A stretch of DNA of 64,000 nucleotides from Spirochaetia bacterium (GCA_965203905.1 CBDBDQ010000005.1:5600001-5664000), one strand, 5' to 3'. Numbered from the stretch's first letter, positions 42,045 to 53,076 are shown. Translations and numbers: made by a program. Notes: a model not told the origin generated them from the letters alone.

Positions 42045-43067
42045 ATGGGCGAAGGTGCTGCACTTCTGCAGGTCAAGAATCTCAAGACCCACTTTCAATC
42101 GCGCGAAGGGACGGTCAAGGCAGTCGACGGCGTGAGCTTCGAGATCGGGCCCGGAGAGACACTTGGGATCGCTGGAGAGAGTGGCTGTGGTAAGAGCGTA
42201 ACTTCGCAGTCGATCCTGAGAATCGTTCCTAAGAACGGGCGCATCATAAGCGGCCATATCCTCTACTCGAGAAACGGGCGAGCGATCGACTTGGCCAAGG
42301 TGAAGCCGCATAGCCAGTTGATGCGGGCTATCCGTGGTGGGGAAATTGCGATGATATTTCAGGAGCCAATGACCTCATTTTCTCCTGTTCATACCATTGG
42401 AGACCAGATCATGGATACCATCAAATTGCACCAGAATGTGTCCAAGCGTGAGGCCCGGAGGCGGGCAATTGAGCTCCTCAAGATGGTCGGGATGCCGAGG
42501 CCGGAGGAGATGATCGATGCCTATCCGTTCACGTTGAGCGGCGGGATGCGGCAGCGTGCGATGATCGGAATGGCGCTGGCCTGCCGGCCCAGCCTGCTGA
42601 TCGCCGATGAACCCACCACGGCTGTTGACGTGACCATACAGGCGCAGGTGCTGGCGCTGATCAAGCGGTTTCAGTGTGAATTCACGATGGCACTGATTAT
42701 CATCACTCACGATTTGGCGGTAATCGCCGAGCTGGCTGACATGGTGCTGATCATGTATCTGGGCAAGAGCGTCGAGTACGGTCCCGTTCAGGAGATCTTC
42801 TCCAGCCCCAAACACCCCTACACGCGGGCGTTGCTCACCTCCATTCCAAGACTCGGGAGCGGTTCAAGGCAGAAAACGGGAACTCGCATCGATTCGATCA
42901 GCGGTTCGGTACCGAGTCCATACGAGATGCCGAGCGGGTGTCTGTTTCACCCCCGTTGCACTGAGTTCATGGCCGGGGTCTGCGAGCGGATCGACCCACA
43001 GGCGCGGGCGGTCGGACCCAACCATCAGGTCAGTTGCCTGCTTTATGATGGATCCGTGCAGCAATAA
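42045..43067 (+). CDS. Oligopeptide-type ABC ATP-binding protein (OppD-like)
   Basis: [32 protein letters not shown]. Confidence 0.95.
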   Translation: MGEGAALLQVKNLKTHFQSREGTVKAVDGVSFEIGPGETLGIAGESGCGKSVTSQSILRIVPKNGRIISGHILYSRNGRAIDLAKVKPHSQLMRAIRGGEIAMIFQEPMTSFSPVHTIGDQIMDTIKLHQNVSKREARRRAIELLKMVGMPRPEEMIDAYPFTLSGGMRQRAMIGMALACRPSLLIADEPTTAVDVTIQAQVLALIKRFQCEFTMALIIITHDLAVIAELADMVLIMYLGKSVEYGPVQEIFSSPKHPYTRALLTSIPRLGSGSRQKTGTRIDSISGSVPSPYEMPSGCLFHPRCTEFMAGVCERIDPQARAVGPNHQVSCLLYDGSVQQ

Positions 43068-43068
43068 G

Positions 43069-44121
43069 ATGGAAGGCGAGGAGCGGCGCGTCGAAGTGAG
43101 TGGGTTGGCAAAAACCTTCGTGCGCACCAGAGGCCTGCGCAGGAAGGTGGTCGGCACCGTGAGGGCGGTCAATGGAGTTGACTTTTTCATCCGAAAGGGT
43201 GAGACGCTCGGGCTCGTGGGCGAGAGCGGTTGTGGGAAGACTACCACGGGCCGCTGCCTGTTGCGGGCGGTGGAGCCGAGCTCGGGCGACATCGTTTATC
43301 GCTTCGACTCGGCCGCGCCCGTCGACATCCGAAATCTCACCAGGAAAGAGCTGAAGGAATTTCGCAAGAGCTTGTCGATGATCTTCCAGGACCCCTTCTC
43401 CTCGTTGAATCCACGCAGGACCGTGTTGGAGTCCGTGGGCGAGTCGTATGTCATCCACGGGATGGTACGGAACCAACGCCAGCTTGAGGATCGTGTCGCC
43501 GCCCTGTTGAGTCTGGTGGGGCTGGATCGGGTGTACCTGCGGCGCTACCCGCACGCCTTCAGCGGTGGCCAGCGGCAGCGCATCGCGATCGCCCGATCGC
43601 TCGCGCTGCAGCCGCGTTTCATAGTTGCCGACGAGCCGGTCTCCGCGCTTGACGTTTCAGTGCAGGCGCAGATCCTCAACCTGCTCGTCGATCTCCAGGA
43701 CAGGTTACACCTTACCTATCTGTTCGTCGCCCACAACCTGGCCGTGGTCGAATACGTAAGCGGCCGGGTGGCGGTGATGTACCTCGGCAAGATCGTCGAG
43801 CTTGCCGACACCGATGAGCTGTTCTCAAAACCGCGTCATCCGTATACCGAAGCGCTGCTGGCGGCGGTTCCGACGCCCGATCCACGGGTTCGAAAGGAGG
43901 GGGTTGCCCCGGCTGGCGATGTTCCGGACCCGGCACATCCACCCGCCGGTTGTAGCTTCCACCCGCGCTGCCCGTACGCCGAGCAGGTCTGCAGCGAACA
44001 AGAGCCTCCGCTGGTGAATCTGGCTCGCCGGGGGCAGCCGCCACACTTTGCGGCGTGCCACTTTTCCGAGTCGCTGAGGCTCGCGGGTACCGCGCAGCCG
44101 GGTCCGGCCGGCCCCAACTAG
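43069..44121 (+). CDS. Oligopeptide-type ABC ATP-binding protein (OppF-like)
   Basis: [36 protein letters not shown]. Confidence 0.95.
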   Translation: MEGEERRVEVSGLAKTFVRTRGLRRKVVGTVRAVNGVDFFIRKGETLGLVGESGCGKTTTGRCLLRAVEPSSGDIVYRFDSAAPVDIRNLTRKELKEFRKSLSMIFQDPFSSLNPRRTVLESVGESYVIHGMVRNQRQLEDRVAALLSLVGLDRVYLRRYPHAFSGGQRQRIAIARSLALQPRFIVADEPVSALDVSVQAQILNLLVDLQDRLHLTYLFVAHNLAVVEYVSGRVAVMYLGKIVELADTDELFSKPRHPYTEALLAAVPTPDPRVRKEGVAPAGDVPDPAHPPAGCSFHPRCPYAEQVCSEQEPPLVNLARRGQPPHFAACHFSESLRLAGTAQPGPAGPN

Positions 44122-44124
44122 CTG

Positions 44125-44976
44125 GTGGGTGGTCTCGCCAGGGAACAGATCGCAGCAGCGTTGGGAGACCTGGGTCTGCGCACCGGAGAGATCGTGTTCG
44201 TGCACAGCTCGCTGCGCAGCCTGGGGTACGTCCGGGGCGGAGCTGAGGCCGTCGTCGATGCGATCCTGGACACCCTCGGCCCACAAGGCACGCTGGTGGT
44301 GCCGACCTTTATCTTCTCGCACGACACCGACGGGGTGGCGGTCTTCGACCTCGAACGCGATCCATCGGAAATGGGTCGTCTGACAGAAACCGTACGCACC
44401 AGGGCTGGGGCAGCCAGGAGCCGTCATCTGGTCCATTCGGTTGCCGCGCTAGGCCCGCACGCGCAGCAGATCACCGCCGTGCAAGGAGCTGCGGCGTGGG
44501 CCGCTGACGGTCCGTTCTGGCAGCTATACGTGCTGGACGCTCGCATCCTGCTGCTTGGCGTTCCCTACCTGCGTTGTACCTACTTCCACGTGATCGAGCA
44601 GCTCGTACAGGTGTCCTACCGCCGCTGGAGATCGAGGGCGGCGATGATTCGCGAGAGCAATGGCGCAATGCGAGACCTTCCTACGGTGAGCTACGGTCCC
44701 GAGCAGGGTTTTGGGGGCAACGACTTCAACAAACTCGGCGCGCTTCTGGAACACCGGGGGCTGGCTCACGTAGGGGCGGTCGGGAACGCAGTTGCGCGGC
44801 TCTTTCCGGCGCGGGGTGCGCTTGAGGTCGGGATTGCCGAGTACCGCAGAGACCCGCAGCTCTTCGTCAAGACGGGGGGACACGTCACTCCGCTGGACCA
44901 CGGAGTGATGACTGAAGATCTCAACAACGAAAAGTGCGTGCTCGACGCGGCCGCCATATTCTCGCCGCGGCCGTAG
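44125..44976 (+). CDS. AAC(3)/YokD-family N-acetyltransferase-fold protein
   Basis: VHSSLRSLG, GTLVVPTF, MGRLTE, RSRHLVHSVAALG, ILLLGV, TYFHVIE. Confidence 0.88.
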   Translation: MGGLAREQIAAALGDLGLRTGEIVFVHSSLRSLGYVRGGAEAVVDAILDTLGPQGTLVVPTFIFSHDTDGVAVFDLERDPSEMGRLTETVRTRAGAARSRHLVHSVAALGPHAQQITAVQGAAAWAADGPFWQLYVLDARILLLGVPYLRCTYFHVIEQLVQVSYRRWRSRAAMIRESNGAMRDLPTVSYGPEQGFGGNDFNKLGALLEHRGLAHVGAVGNAVARLFPARGALEVGIAEYRRDPQLFVKTGGHVTPLDHGVMTEDLNNEKCVLDAAAIFSPRP

Positions 44977-45034
44977 CCCTGCCAGCCGGGCGCCTCGCCG
45001 CTCTCGGTGCGACGCCGGGTGCCACCACGGGCTG

Positions 45035-45868
45035 CTAGGTGAGAATCACCTTGCCTCCTGGACTCAAGATCATGATGTCCGTATTGGGCAGCCGATACTG
45101 ACGAGCCGCAATTGCCGTGAGGTATTCAGCCGGATGTGCACCCTGAGACCGTACTCGCGGGGAGAAGAAGCCGAAATGGCACGGTATCACCACGCGCGGC
45201 TGCAGGATCTGAGTCAACAGCGCGGCAAACCCGACTCCCATGTTGGTGTCGTTGATTGGCAACAGCAGATAGTCTACCGATAGATTACACATTTCCTCCT
45301 TGTGAGGGGTGTCGAACTTGTGATCACCGGGATAGTAGATCGTCCCCCGTGCACTATTGATCACGAATCCGCAATCTCCCGGGGTGTGGTGCTTGGCGTA
45401 GGTCACGTTGATCGAGATTTCGCCGAAATCGAAACTGGATCCATACTCGGCAGGGCGCAAGGACTCGGACGCGATACCCAACTCGGTGAGCTGGTCATGA
45501 CAGTACTTGGGGGCAATCACGGTAGGCTTCAAATGGGCGATCCCTCGTATCGAGTCCCGGTTCAGGTGGTCGCCATGGTCATGCGAAATGAGCACCACGT
45601 CGATTCGCTCTACGTCCGCTGCAGCGAGTGGAACCTGGTCGCTCTGCAGGTACACTTCGTCAACCGAGTAGTGCCTGAATTCGACTGGAAGCTGCCCCTG
45701 CTTCTGATACCCGCGCCGAGTAGCCTGGATTGCGGGATCCGGTAGTGCGAGAATCGGGTCGATCATGATATGCGTGCCGTTGAGCCGGACTACAAAGCCG
45801 CAATTGATCAGATACCAGATCCCGTCATAGCCATCCTGTGCGTAGAGCTCATGCTTCATGGTTGCCAC
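45035..45868 (-). CDS. MBL-fold metallo-hydrolase (UlaG-like)
   Basis: ISHDHGDH, IYYPGD, LLPIN, VIPCHF. Confidence 0.85.
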   Translation of the reverse strand: MATMKHELYAQDGYDGIWYLINCGFVVRLNGTHIMIDPILALPDPAIQATRRGYQKQGQLPVEFRHYSVDEVYLQSDQVPLAAADVERIDVVLISHDHGDHLNRDSIRGIAHLKPTVIAPKYCHDQLTELGIASESLRPAEYGSSFDFGEISINVTYAKHHTPGDCGFVINSARGTIYYPGDHKFDTPHKEEMCNLSVDYLLLPINDTNMGVGFAALLTQILQPRVVIPCHFGFFSPRVRSQGAHPAEYLTAIAARQYRLPNTDIMILSPGGKVILT

Positions 45869-45999
45869 TGTGAGCCTCCCCGGTGCTGTTCGGCGGATGC
45901 TTCTCCGCGCCTCGATGCGACCGTTCCGTGAGGAAGGGAAGAATAGGCTGGTTCCGGCCGGAAGTCAACGCGTGCCGGTGCTTGCTGCGGGCGACGCAC

Positions 46000-47397
46000 C
46001 TAACGAAACCGCATGGCGTAGAGATCGGCGTCCTTCATGGTAAAGCGAACCCGGATCGGGGCACCCGCGAGACTCGCCACGGACGAGCCGCCGGTCCATC
46101 TCACCACCCGTTCGATCTGGTCACCGATAAGCACCCGGCATTGGTCTTCGGTGAATCCCGGTCGCGGTCTACCCGCTGCATCCTGCAACTCGACGGAGAT
46201 TTGGCCGCTGGCGCCGGTCGAGTAGTTGAGCACCAGCTCGCTGCCCGCGAATCGAATCGGCTTGGTGACCATCGTGCCGTCGGTGTAGGGGGAGTTCACC
46301 GAAATGAACCCGTCGGTGCGCAAAGTCTGCCGCTCTAGGTAAATCGACCGCTGAGCATAGTGGCGCACGACGTAGAGCGACAACTCCGCGGGCCCGGTTG
46401 GAACCACCCCAAGGGCGGCGTAGTTGGAGCGTGACACCCAGTCGCCGCGCCCCAGGCCCGGACGGATGAAGGCTTCCATGAAGGTGCGGTCGAAGCGTTC
46501 GCCGCCTCTGCTGGTCATCAAGACCGTCTCCGAACAGTCCCCCAGGTATCCCTCCGGCACCCCCATCCGTCGCGCTTCCTCGGTGGTCAATACTCGACGC
46601 CCTGGCAGGAACCGGGCCGGGAGCGCCACGTAGATGTGCGGAGCCCGGAAGTAGGGGTGAGTCTGGCTGGTGTAGAGGTGCTCGGGCGGCCGGTCGCCGA
46701 AGCGCATGAGCTTCGGCGCCGACCAATGCTCGAAGTCTGCCGATTGAGAGCGTGCTATCGTTCTATATCCCTCCGGGGCTTCGCCGAGCCAGGCTCGGAA
46801 GTAGCAGAGGTAGCAACCCTCGTGCTCGGACCAGAACGCGAGGTTCTGGGAATCGAAGCGGAAGTCTTCCGGGTCCGCAGGCATGACCGGTTCCCGGCGC
46901 CAGCGGCGCCAGTGCACGCCGTCACCGGAGCACAAGGCGACCAGCCCGCTCGTCTGGGTGCCGCCGAGTGCCTTGAAACGCTCCGCAGGGGGGACATTCG
47001 GACGAGCATCGACGAAGGGGCTGAAGTTGTGGGAAAGCGGTCCGTCCCCGGCCAGGATGACATTGTTCTCTCGGGTGCCGCAGACCGTGTGCAGGCCGAG
47101 GCGCGGCTTGATCCAGTGCTTCCCGTCGGCGCTCTCCGCGTAGCAGGTAACCTGACTGTCCTGGTCGTCCCCCGCCGGTGATGAGCTGCCGCGATAGTAC
47201 ATGCGGTAGGTTTCACCGTCGGCGAGGACCGTGGCATAGGTCGAGAAGGGTCCCTCCCAAGGACTGTCGAAGCGAACCGCCTCGCCCGCGGGCAGTGGCG
47301 CCTGAAGCTTGAGCGCTGTCCCCTCAAGGCGGTCGATCACGTGGTGATCAACGAACAGCTCGAGCCGGTCTCCGAGGTCGATCGTCGCAGCGGCCAT
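46000..47397 (-). CDS. Uncharacterised beta-propeller glycoside-hydrolase-like protein
   Basis: ELFVD, YRMYY, YAESADGKHW.KP, SGDGVHW, FDSQN, R.DGF, ADLYAMRF; Asp-box-like repeats. Confidence 0.7.
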   Translation of the reverse strand: MAAATIDLGDRLELFVDHHVIDRLEGTALKLQAPLPAGEAVRFDSPWEGPFSTYATVLADGETYRMYYRGSSSPAGDDQDSQVTCYAESADGKHWIKPRLGLHTVCGTRENNVILAGDGPLSHNFSPFVDARPNVPPAERFKALGGTQTSGLVALCSGDGVHWRRWRREPVMPADPEDFRFDSQNLAFWSEHEGCYLCYFRAWLGEAPEGYRTIARSQSADFEHWSAPKLMRFGDRPPEHLYTSQTHPYFRAPHIYVALPARFLPGRRVLTTEEARRMGVPEGYLGDCSETVLMTSRGGERFDRTFMEAFIRPGLGRGDWVSRSNYAALGVVPTGPAELSLYVVRHYAQRSIYLERQTLRTDGFISVNSPYTDGTMVTKPIRFAGSELVLNYSTGASGQISVELQDAAGRPRPGFTEDQCRVLIGDQIERVVRWTGGSSVASLAGAPIRVRFTMKDADLYAMRFR

Positions 47398-47746
47398 TCG
47401 GGTCCCTCAGAGAGCTTATCACCTCTCGCTCCAACCTGACAAATCTCGTGCCGGCTGACCGGCTGACGCTAAGCCGGCACCGAGCAGGACCGCCAAGGCC
47501 CGCGCCTCGGCGCGGGAGGGCTGACTGAGCCGGCTGGACCTCCAACCGAAACCACCGTATGCTGCCACAGCGCGCTGTCCAGCAGACAGTGACCACCTCA
47601 GATGGCTGCGACGAAGCGCCGGTGCGGGCCGCCGGTGGCGCGAAGTCAGCCTCGACGTTGTTGGCGGTCGCCCGGTCGTCGAGGTCTTCACCGCAGCCAG
47701 TCGAAGCTCATTCACCGGGCGCAAGGCTGATCGGATTCCGGAACAC

Positions 47747-48733
47747 ATGTGGCGCCTCATAGTCCGTAGATTCCTCCTCATGATCCCGACGCTCATCGCC
47801 ATCTCGATCATCTCATTCGTCATCATTCAGGCGCCCCCGGGTGACTTTGTCAGCTACTACATCGATCAACTGGAAGCCTTGGGAGAGCGTGTAGACGAGT
47901 CCGAGATCGTCGCCTTGAAGGAGCGTTATGGGCTGTCACAGCCAATGTATGTTCAGTACTTCAAGTGGATGGCTGGTCTGCTGCGTGGTGATCTGGGTCG
48001 TTCCTTGCAGTGGAATAGGCCAGTCGCGAAACTGATCGCCGAGCGGTTGCCATGGAGCATCACGATCTCGTTTGCGGCCTTCGTGCTGGTCTACCTAATC
48101 GGGATACCGTTTGGCGCTATCGCCGCTACCCGGCAACACTCGATCGCCGACTACGCCGTGACAGTGATCGGATTCATCGGTTTGGCGATCCCGAATTTTC
48201 TCTTCGCGCTGATCCTTCTATGGTTGATTTTCGTCCATACGGGCAACGTGGCAGTCGGTCTTTTCTCTCCAGAGTTCGAGCGTGCCCCGTGGAGCCTGGC
48301 GAAGCTCCTTGATCTGCTTCGGCACCTGTGGGTGCCCGCGATCATCGTCGGCACTGCCGGCACCGCCGGCCTGATCCGGGTCATGCGCGCCAACCTCCTG
48401 GATGAGTTGCACAAGCCCTACGTGATGGTCGCGCGGGCCAAGGGTCTCTCCGAACAGAGAGTGCTCTACAAGTACCCCTTCCGGGTTGCGATCAATCCCG
48501 TAGTGAGCACCATCGGATGGACTCTACCGCAGATGGTGAATGGTGAACTGCTTACCTCCCTGGTTCTCAACCTGCCCACCCTCGCGCCCATTTTCCTCGG
48601 CGCTCTGCTCAGTGAAGACATGTTCCTGGCGGGCAGTATCGTGTTCATTCTCAGTACCCTTACGGTGTTCGGTACGCTGCTCTCCGACATCCTCCTTGGA
48701 TGGGTTGATCCACGCATACGGGAGTCGATATAG
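47747..48733 (+). CDS. ABC permease (OppB-like)
   Basis: PPGDF, GDLGRSL, VMRANLLDEL.KPYV..ARAKG, VDPRIR. Confidence 0.93.
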   Translation: MWRLIVRRFLLMIPTLIAISIISFVIIQAPPGDFVSYYIDQLEALGERVDESEIVALKERYGLSQPMYVQYFKWMAGLLRGDLGRSLQWNRPVAKLIAERLPWSITISFAAFVLVYLIGIPFGAIAATRQHSIADYAVTVIGFIGLAIPNFLFALILLWLIFVHTGNVAVGLFSPEFERAPWSLAKLLDLLRHLWVPAIIVGTAGTAGLIRVMRANLLDELHKPYVMVARAKGLSEQRVLYKYPFRVAINPVVSTIGWTLPQMVNGELLTSLVLNLPTLAPIFLGALLSEDMFLAGSIVFILSTLTVFGTLLSDILLGWVDPRIRESI

Positions 48734-48739
48734 GCCGCC

Positions 48740-49867
48740 ATGTTGCTCCGTACCAGGTCCATATCCAGCCCCCGGGAGGCCGCCGAAAGGAGCTACTTAA
48801 TCGCCTCGCAGTGGCAGCTCATACGATGGAGGTTCCTCCAGCACAAGCTCGCCATAGGTTCACTGGGCGTGCTCTCGATCCTTTACCTGTGCGCGCTGTT
48901 TGCCGAGTTTGTCGCGCCGTACGACCCAAATCACTACGACGTTCAGCACATTCACTGTCCTCCGCAACGCATCCGTCTGTTCGCTGAAGACGGCAGCCTA
49001 AGACCGTTTGTGTACCGGCTTGAGACCAGCGTCGACCCGACCACGTTTGTCGAGACTTGTGAAGAGGACTTGACGGTGCGTTACCGCCTCACTCTTTTGC
49101 TGGCGGGTCAGCCCTACAAACTATGGGGATTGTTCCCCGGGACCGTCCATCTGTTTGGAGCGAGAGACGGGAGAGTGTTCGTCTTCGGAACTGACCGGCA
49201 GGGCCGCGACATGTTCTCTAGAATCATTTACGGTGCCAGGATTTCTCTGTCGATCGGTCTGGTCGGAATCGCGCTGAGTTTTCTCCTGGGAATCCTGATC
49301 GGTGGGTTGTCCGGGTATCTTGGTGGCACTGTCGACGTCCTGATTCAGCGCCTGATCGAGTTTATTCGCTCGATCCCGACGCTGCCGCTGTGGATGGCGC
49401 TGAGTGTTGCACTCCCGCCGCAGTGGCCGATCATCAAGGTCTATTTTGGAATCGTCATTATTCTTTCGCTGGTAGGATGGACCGATGTGGCTCGCGTCGT
49501 TCGGGGAAAGTTCTTGGCGCTTCGAGAAGAAGACTTTGTTGTCGCCGCACGGCTTCAAGGAGCAGGCGAGTCGCGGGTAATCTTCTGGCACCTGCTGCCG
49601 TCATTCTACAGCCATATAATCGCCACGTTGACGCTCTCCATCCCCGGCATGATCCTGGGAGAGACCGCACTGAGCTTTATCGGTTTGGGACTGCAGACTC
49701 CAGCGATAAGTTGGGGAGTCCTGCTGAAGGAAGCTCAGGCTGTTCACGTTCTTGCGAGCTCACCGTGGCTGCTGCTACCGGCGGTATTCGTGGTCGTCGC
49801 AATCTTGGCGTTCAATTTTGTGGGGGATGGGTTGCGGGACGCCGCAGACCCCTATGGTTCAGTATGA
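48740..49867 (+). CDS. ABC permease (OppC-like)
   Basis: FGTDRQGRD, REEDFVVAAR, GETALSF, GDGLRDAADPY. Confidence 0.93.
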   Translation: MLLRTRSISSPREAAERSYLIASQWQLIRWRFLQHKLAIGSLGVLSILYLCALFAEFVAPYDPNHYDVQHIHCPPQRIRLFAEDGSLRPFVYRLETSVDPTTFVETCEEDLTVRYRLTLLLAGQPYKLWGLFPGTVHLFGARDGRVFVFGTDRQGRDMFSRIIYGARISLSIGLVGIALSFLLGILIGGLSGYLGGTVDVLIQRLIEFIRSIPTLPLWMALSVALPPQWPIIKVYFGIVIILSLVGWTDVARVVRGKFLALREEDFVVAARLQGAGESRVIFWHLLPSFYSHIIATLTLSIPGMILGETALSFIGLGLQTPAISWGVLLKEAQAVHVLASSPWLLLPAVFVVVAILAFNFVGDGLRDAADPYGSV

Positions 49868-49930
49868 GGACATCCCTGTCCGCTTCTGCGGCAAACCGGA
49901 GTCGGAAGCAGGCGGGAGCGAGAGGGCGGT

Positions 49931-49961
49931 ATTGACAACCATCGGAATACAGGTCACTCTG
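49931..49961 (+). promoter_or_regulatory. Second copy of the island promoter motif
   Basis: ATTGACAAC-N5-GAATACA-N4-ACTCTG, upstream of the SBP gene. Confidence 0.65.
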
Positions 49962-50084
49962 TGGCACAGTCCGGGCAACGAGCCGGGACCAACTGGAGGC
50001 CAGTAGGATACTTTACTGACAGTGGGTAGGCTCTGGGTGCTGTAGAGCCTTGTTGTTGACGGCAGTGGATGGTGGAGGTGAACC

Positions 50085-52049
50085 ATGACGCGACCATGGT
50101 TAGTGTTGGTAATCGTCCTGTGCGGCGCCGGATCGGTGTTTGCAGGCGCCGCTGCGGAGCCCGGTGCCGCGGCTGAGGGGACCACCGAGACGGCGACCAC
50201 GGCCAAATCGGGGAAGTGGAACGAGGCACCCATGCTCAGGCAGCGGGTCGAAGCAGGTGAGTTGCCGCCGGTAGAACAGAGGTTGCCGCAGGAGCCGCTG
50301 GTGGTCGAGGTGCTCGAGGGAATCGGTCAATATGGCGGCGTGATCAGCTACGCCCGCAACCCGAATTCTCCTAAGTATCAGACGCATCGCATGCTTTACG
50401 AGTTCTACAATACTTACACGACCCCATATCGTGACAAGATCATTCCCAATGTCATGAAAGACTGGCAGATTAACGAAGATGCCTCGACGTTCAGGTTTTT
50501 TATGCGGAACGGTATGAAGTGGAGCGATGGTCAACCGTTTACTGCCGATGATGTTCTGTTCTGGTATCAAGACATCATCCTGAACGATGATATTACGCCA
50601 TCTAAACCGGGCGCGTTAACCGTCGGTGGTGAGCTCGGTAAGGTCAGCAAGATCGATGATTACACGGTCGAGTTTTCGTTCGCCGCTCCCAACGGAGTGT
50701 TCCTGGAGTCGTTAGGGAGGTGGAGGCCGGAACCGTATGCCCCCGGCCACCATCTCAAGCAGTACCATCCAACCTACACTTCCCAAGACACGATAGCGGA
50801 GCTGATGAAGGACGAGGGCTACGACAGATGGTCGGACTTCTTCGTCGAAAAGGTCGGCGGCACCGGTGCGAGCCGAGTTCCTCCTCCAGAGGCCCCCTCG
50901 ATCAGTGCCTGGGTGGCGTTGAACAAGGCTGAGGACACTACTCACGTGTTGGAGCGCAACCCGTACTATTGGAAGGTTGATTCGGCTGGCAACCAGCTCC
51001 CGTATGTAGACCGGATAGAGACCACGATGTTCGATCAGGAAGCCTGGATTCTGAAGATTCTCGCCGGTGAGCTGACCTATGCGGCGGGCGGTCATGTCGG
51101 CGGTATCACCAATCTTCCTACTATTATGCAGCGTCGCGATTCCGGTAACTATCGGGTCGTCCAGAGTACTCTGCCGGCGGGAAGTTACGGCACGATTTTC
51201 CTGAATTACAGCCATGAAGATCCGTTTCTGAGAGAGCTCTTCAACGACCATCGATTCCGAGTTGCGTTGTCGATCGGAATCGACCGAGAAGTGATAAGCG
51301 ATCTGGTGTTCAGAGGGCAGGCGGTTCCGTCGCAGCCGAGTCCGGGGGGCGGACCGCCGTACTACGGTGACACACCGATATTCAAGGCCCACACGGAGCA
51401 CGATCCGGATCAGGCGAATCTGCTGCTTGATGAGATCGGGCTTGCCACGCGCGACAGTGAAGGATTCCGCGTGCGTCCCGACGGCTCGGAGCTGGTGCTG
51501 GTCAACCTGGTGTCGAATTCAGCCCAGTTTACCGTCGACATGGCCGAGTTGTACAAGACGCATTGGAAAGACATCGGGATCAAGGTGATCAATAAGCCGA
51601 TCGGCGGCAGACTGTGGGGCACGCAAAAGCGAGCTGGAGAGTTTGACATCGCCACCAACTGGAACTGGGTCGGAGGCCGACCGATGAACTTCTTCCAGAG
51701 AGGCGACATCTTTCCGGCTTACGTGAGTTGGTCAACGGCGCCGGCGTGGGCTACCTGGCTGGTAACGATGGGCGCCGAGGGTGAGGAGCCGCCTGATGGC
51801 GTCAAACGCCTGCGGGAACTGTATGAGGAAGGTCTCAAAACGGTCGATGAAGAAACGTCGCTGCAATTGGTCAACGAAGCATTCAAGATCAGCAGCGAGA
51901 ACGTTTGGCGAATCGGCGTGCTTACAGAGCCGGCGGTAGGCAGATTCTACGTGCTGAGCAATAAGCTCAGGAATGCTCATCGTCCTGACGAGCCGCTTCC
52001 GGACGACCTGTACTCCACTCCGGTAGCCGCATGGTATCTGGAACAGTAG
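50085..52049 (+). CDS. ABC substrate-binding protein, family 5
   Basis: EAPML..GELPPVEQRLP, KWSDGQPFTADD, RNPYYWKVD.AGNQLPY. Confidence 0.93.
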   Translation: MTRPWLVLVIVLCGAGSVFAGAAAEPGAAAEGTTETATTAKSGKWNEAPMLRQRVEAGELPPVEQRLPQEPLVVEVLEGIGQYGGVISYARNPNSPKYQTHRMLYEFYNTYTTPYRDKIIPNVMKDWQINEDASTFRFFMRNGMKWSDGQPFTADDVLFWYQDIILNDDITPSKPGALTVGGELGKVSKIDDYTVEFSFAAPNGVFLESLGRWRPEPYAPGHHLKQYHPTYTSQDTIAELMKDEGYDRWSDFFVEKVGGTGASRVPPPEAPSISAWVALNKAEDTTHVLERNPYYWKVDSAGNQLPYVDRIETTMFDQEAWILKILAGELTYAAGGHVGGITNLPTIMQRRDSGNYRVVQSTLPAGSYGTIFLNYSHEDPFLRELFNDHRFRVALSIGIDREVISDLVFRGQAVPSQPSPGGGPPYYGDTPIFKAHTEHDPDQANLLLDEIGLATRDSEGFRVRPDGSELVLVNLVSNSAQFTVDMAELYKTHWKDIGIKVINKPIGGRLWGTQKRAGEFDIATNWNWVGGRPMNFFQRGDIFPAYVSWSTAPAWATWLVTMGAEGEEPPDGVKRLRELYEEGLKTVDEETSLQLVNEAFKISSENVWRIGVLTEPAVGRFYVLSNKLRNAHRPDEPLPDDLYSTPVAAWYLEQ

Positions 52050-52230
52050 ACCGGTAGCGCGTGGAGCGCGGTTGGTACCCGTGAATGGCTTGGTCGCGGG
52101 CGTTCGATCGGCCGTTCTGGGTAACCGGCGCCGGCAGCCCGGATAGGCCGCTTCGGGATTGGGACGGCGGCTGACGCGTCCGGTCAGAGGCACGGTTTGG
52201 GCACCACGTCCGCTCTCGGATGCGGTGCCC

Positions 52231-52619
52231 TGCGGGCTGGCCGCACTTCCCGTGGGAGGCGGTGGCGCAGTCCGGCCCCAACCACTTGGCGCGGCTGTTC
52301 GCCGGCGCCAGCTACCTGACCCAGCTCATCTGCGACTCCGCCCACCTCGTCCAGCCCAACCGGGCCCTGTTCCCCGGCTTCCACGCCTGGTACTGCGAAC
52401 GCGGCCAGGAGGGAGACACCCCGCTGCTGCACGCCAACGATCCGATCCCGCCGGTGGTGCCGCACGATAAGACCTTTCCGATTCCGGGTGGGCTGCGCCC
52501 TACCCTGGTCGACCGTCACCGCTGGCACAACCGCTACTTCGAGCTGGAGGAACAGACCTTCTCCTACCGGACTGTGCACACCACGGTGCGCTGGCTGGAG
52601 GTGAACTACCGCAGCCCGC
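52231..52619 (+). pseudogene. Diverged partial duplicate of the sulfatase-like gene
   Basis: About 390 nt aligning with 53289-53677, with roughly 30 substitutions counted by eye; no start and no C-terminus. Confidence 0.88.
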
Positions 52620-52689
52620 GACTGGCGTGGCCGGTCCAGGTGATCGAGCAGACCTAAGGCACGTATCTCGCCGCCGGAGTTCCTCGCGC

Positions 52690-52956
52690 ATGCGGAGACG
52701 GTGGAAGCAGACCCTGCAGTCCGGTCTCGCCGAGTTCATGCGCTACAACCCGCCGATGAACGAGGACGAGATCGAGCGGCTCAAGGACGTGCAGCCGCGG
52801 GTGGACAACCTGATGGAACGGGAGATCGACAAGTTCATCCCCGGCGAACGCCCGCTTTCCGAATTCGAGGCGTTCCGCCAGGAGCTGATCGAGCTCGGCG
52901 CCGGCGAGGTGGAGGATATCTACAACTCCGCCTACCGGCGCATGCGCGGCCAGTAA
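52690..52956 (+). pseudogene. Orphan C-terminus of an LplA-like solute-binding protein
   Basis: KFIPGERPLSEFEAFRQELIELGAGEVEDIYNSAYRR*. Confidence 0.72.
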
Positions 52957-53076
52957 CGGCCGTTGCCCGGGCGGTTCGCGGCGCAGCCCTCTCGTTGCAG
53001 GTGGCGCGCCGCGGACCGGCCCCAGCCGGCGCAGGGCCGGCCTCTCGTGCTATGCTGGGGTAGCGGACCTCCACGA

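Noticed and set aside
44125-44976. Bona fide aminoglycoside resistance gene aac(3)
   Set aside because: Family-level motifs only; the context is an uptake/catabolic operon with no integron or transposon.
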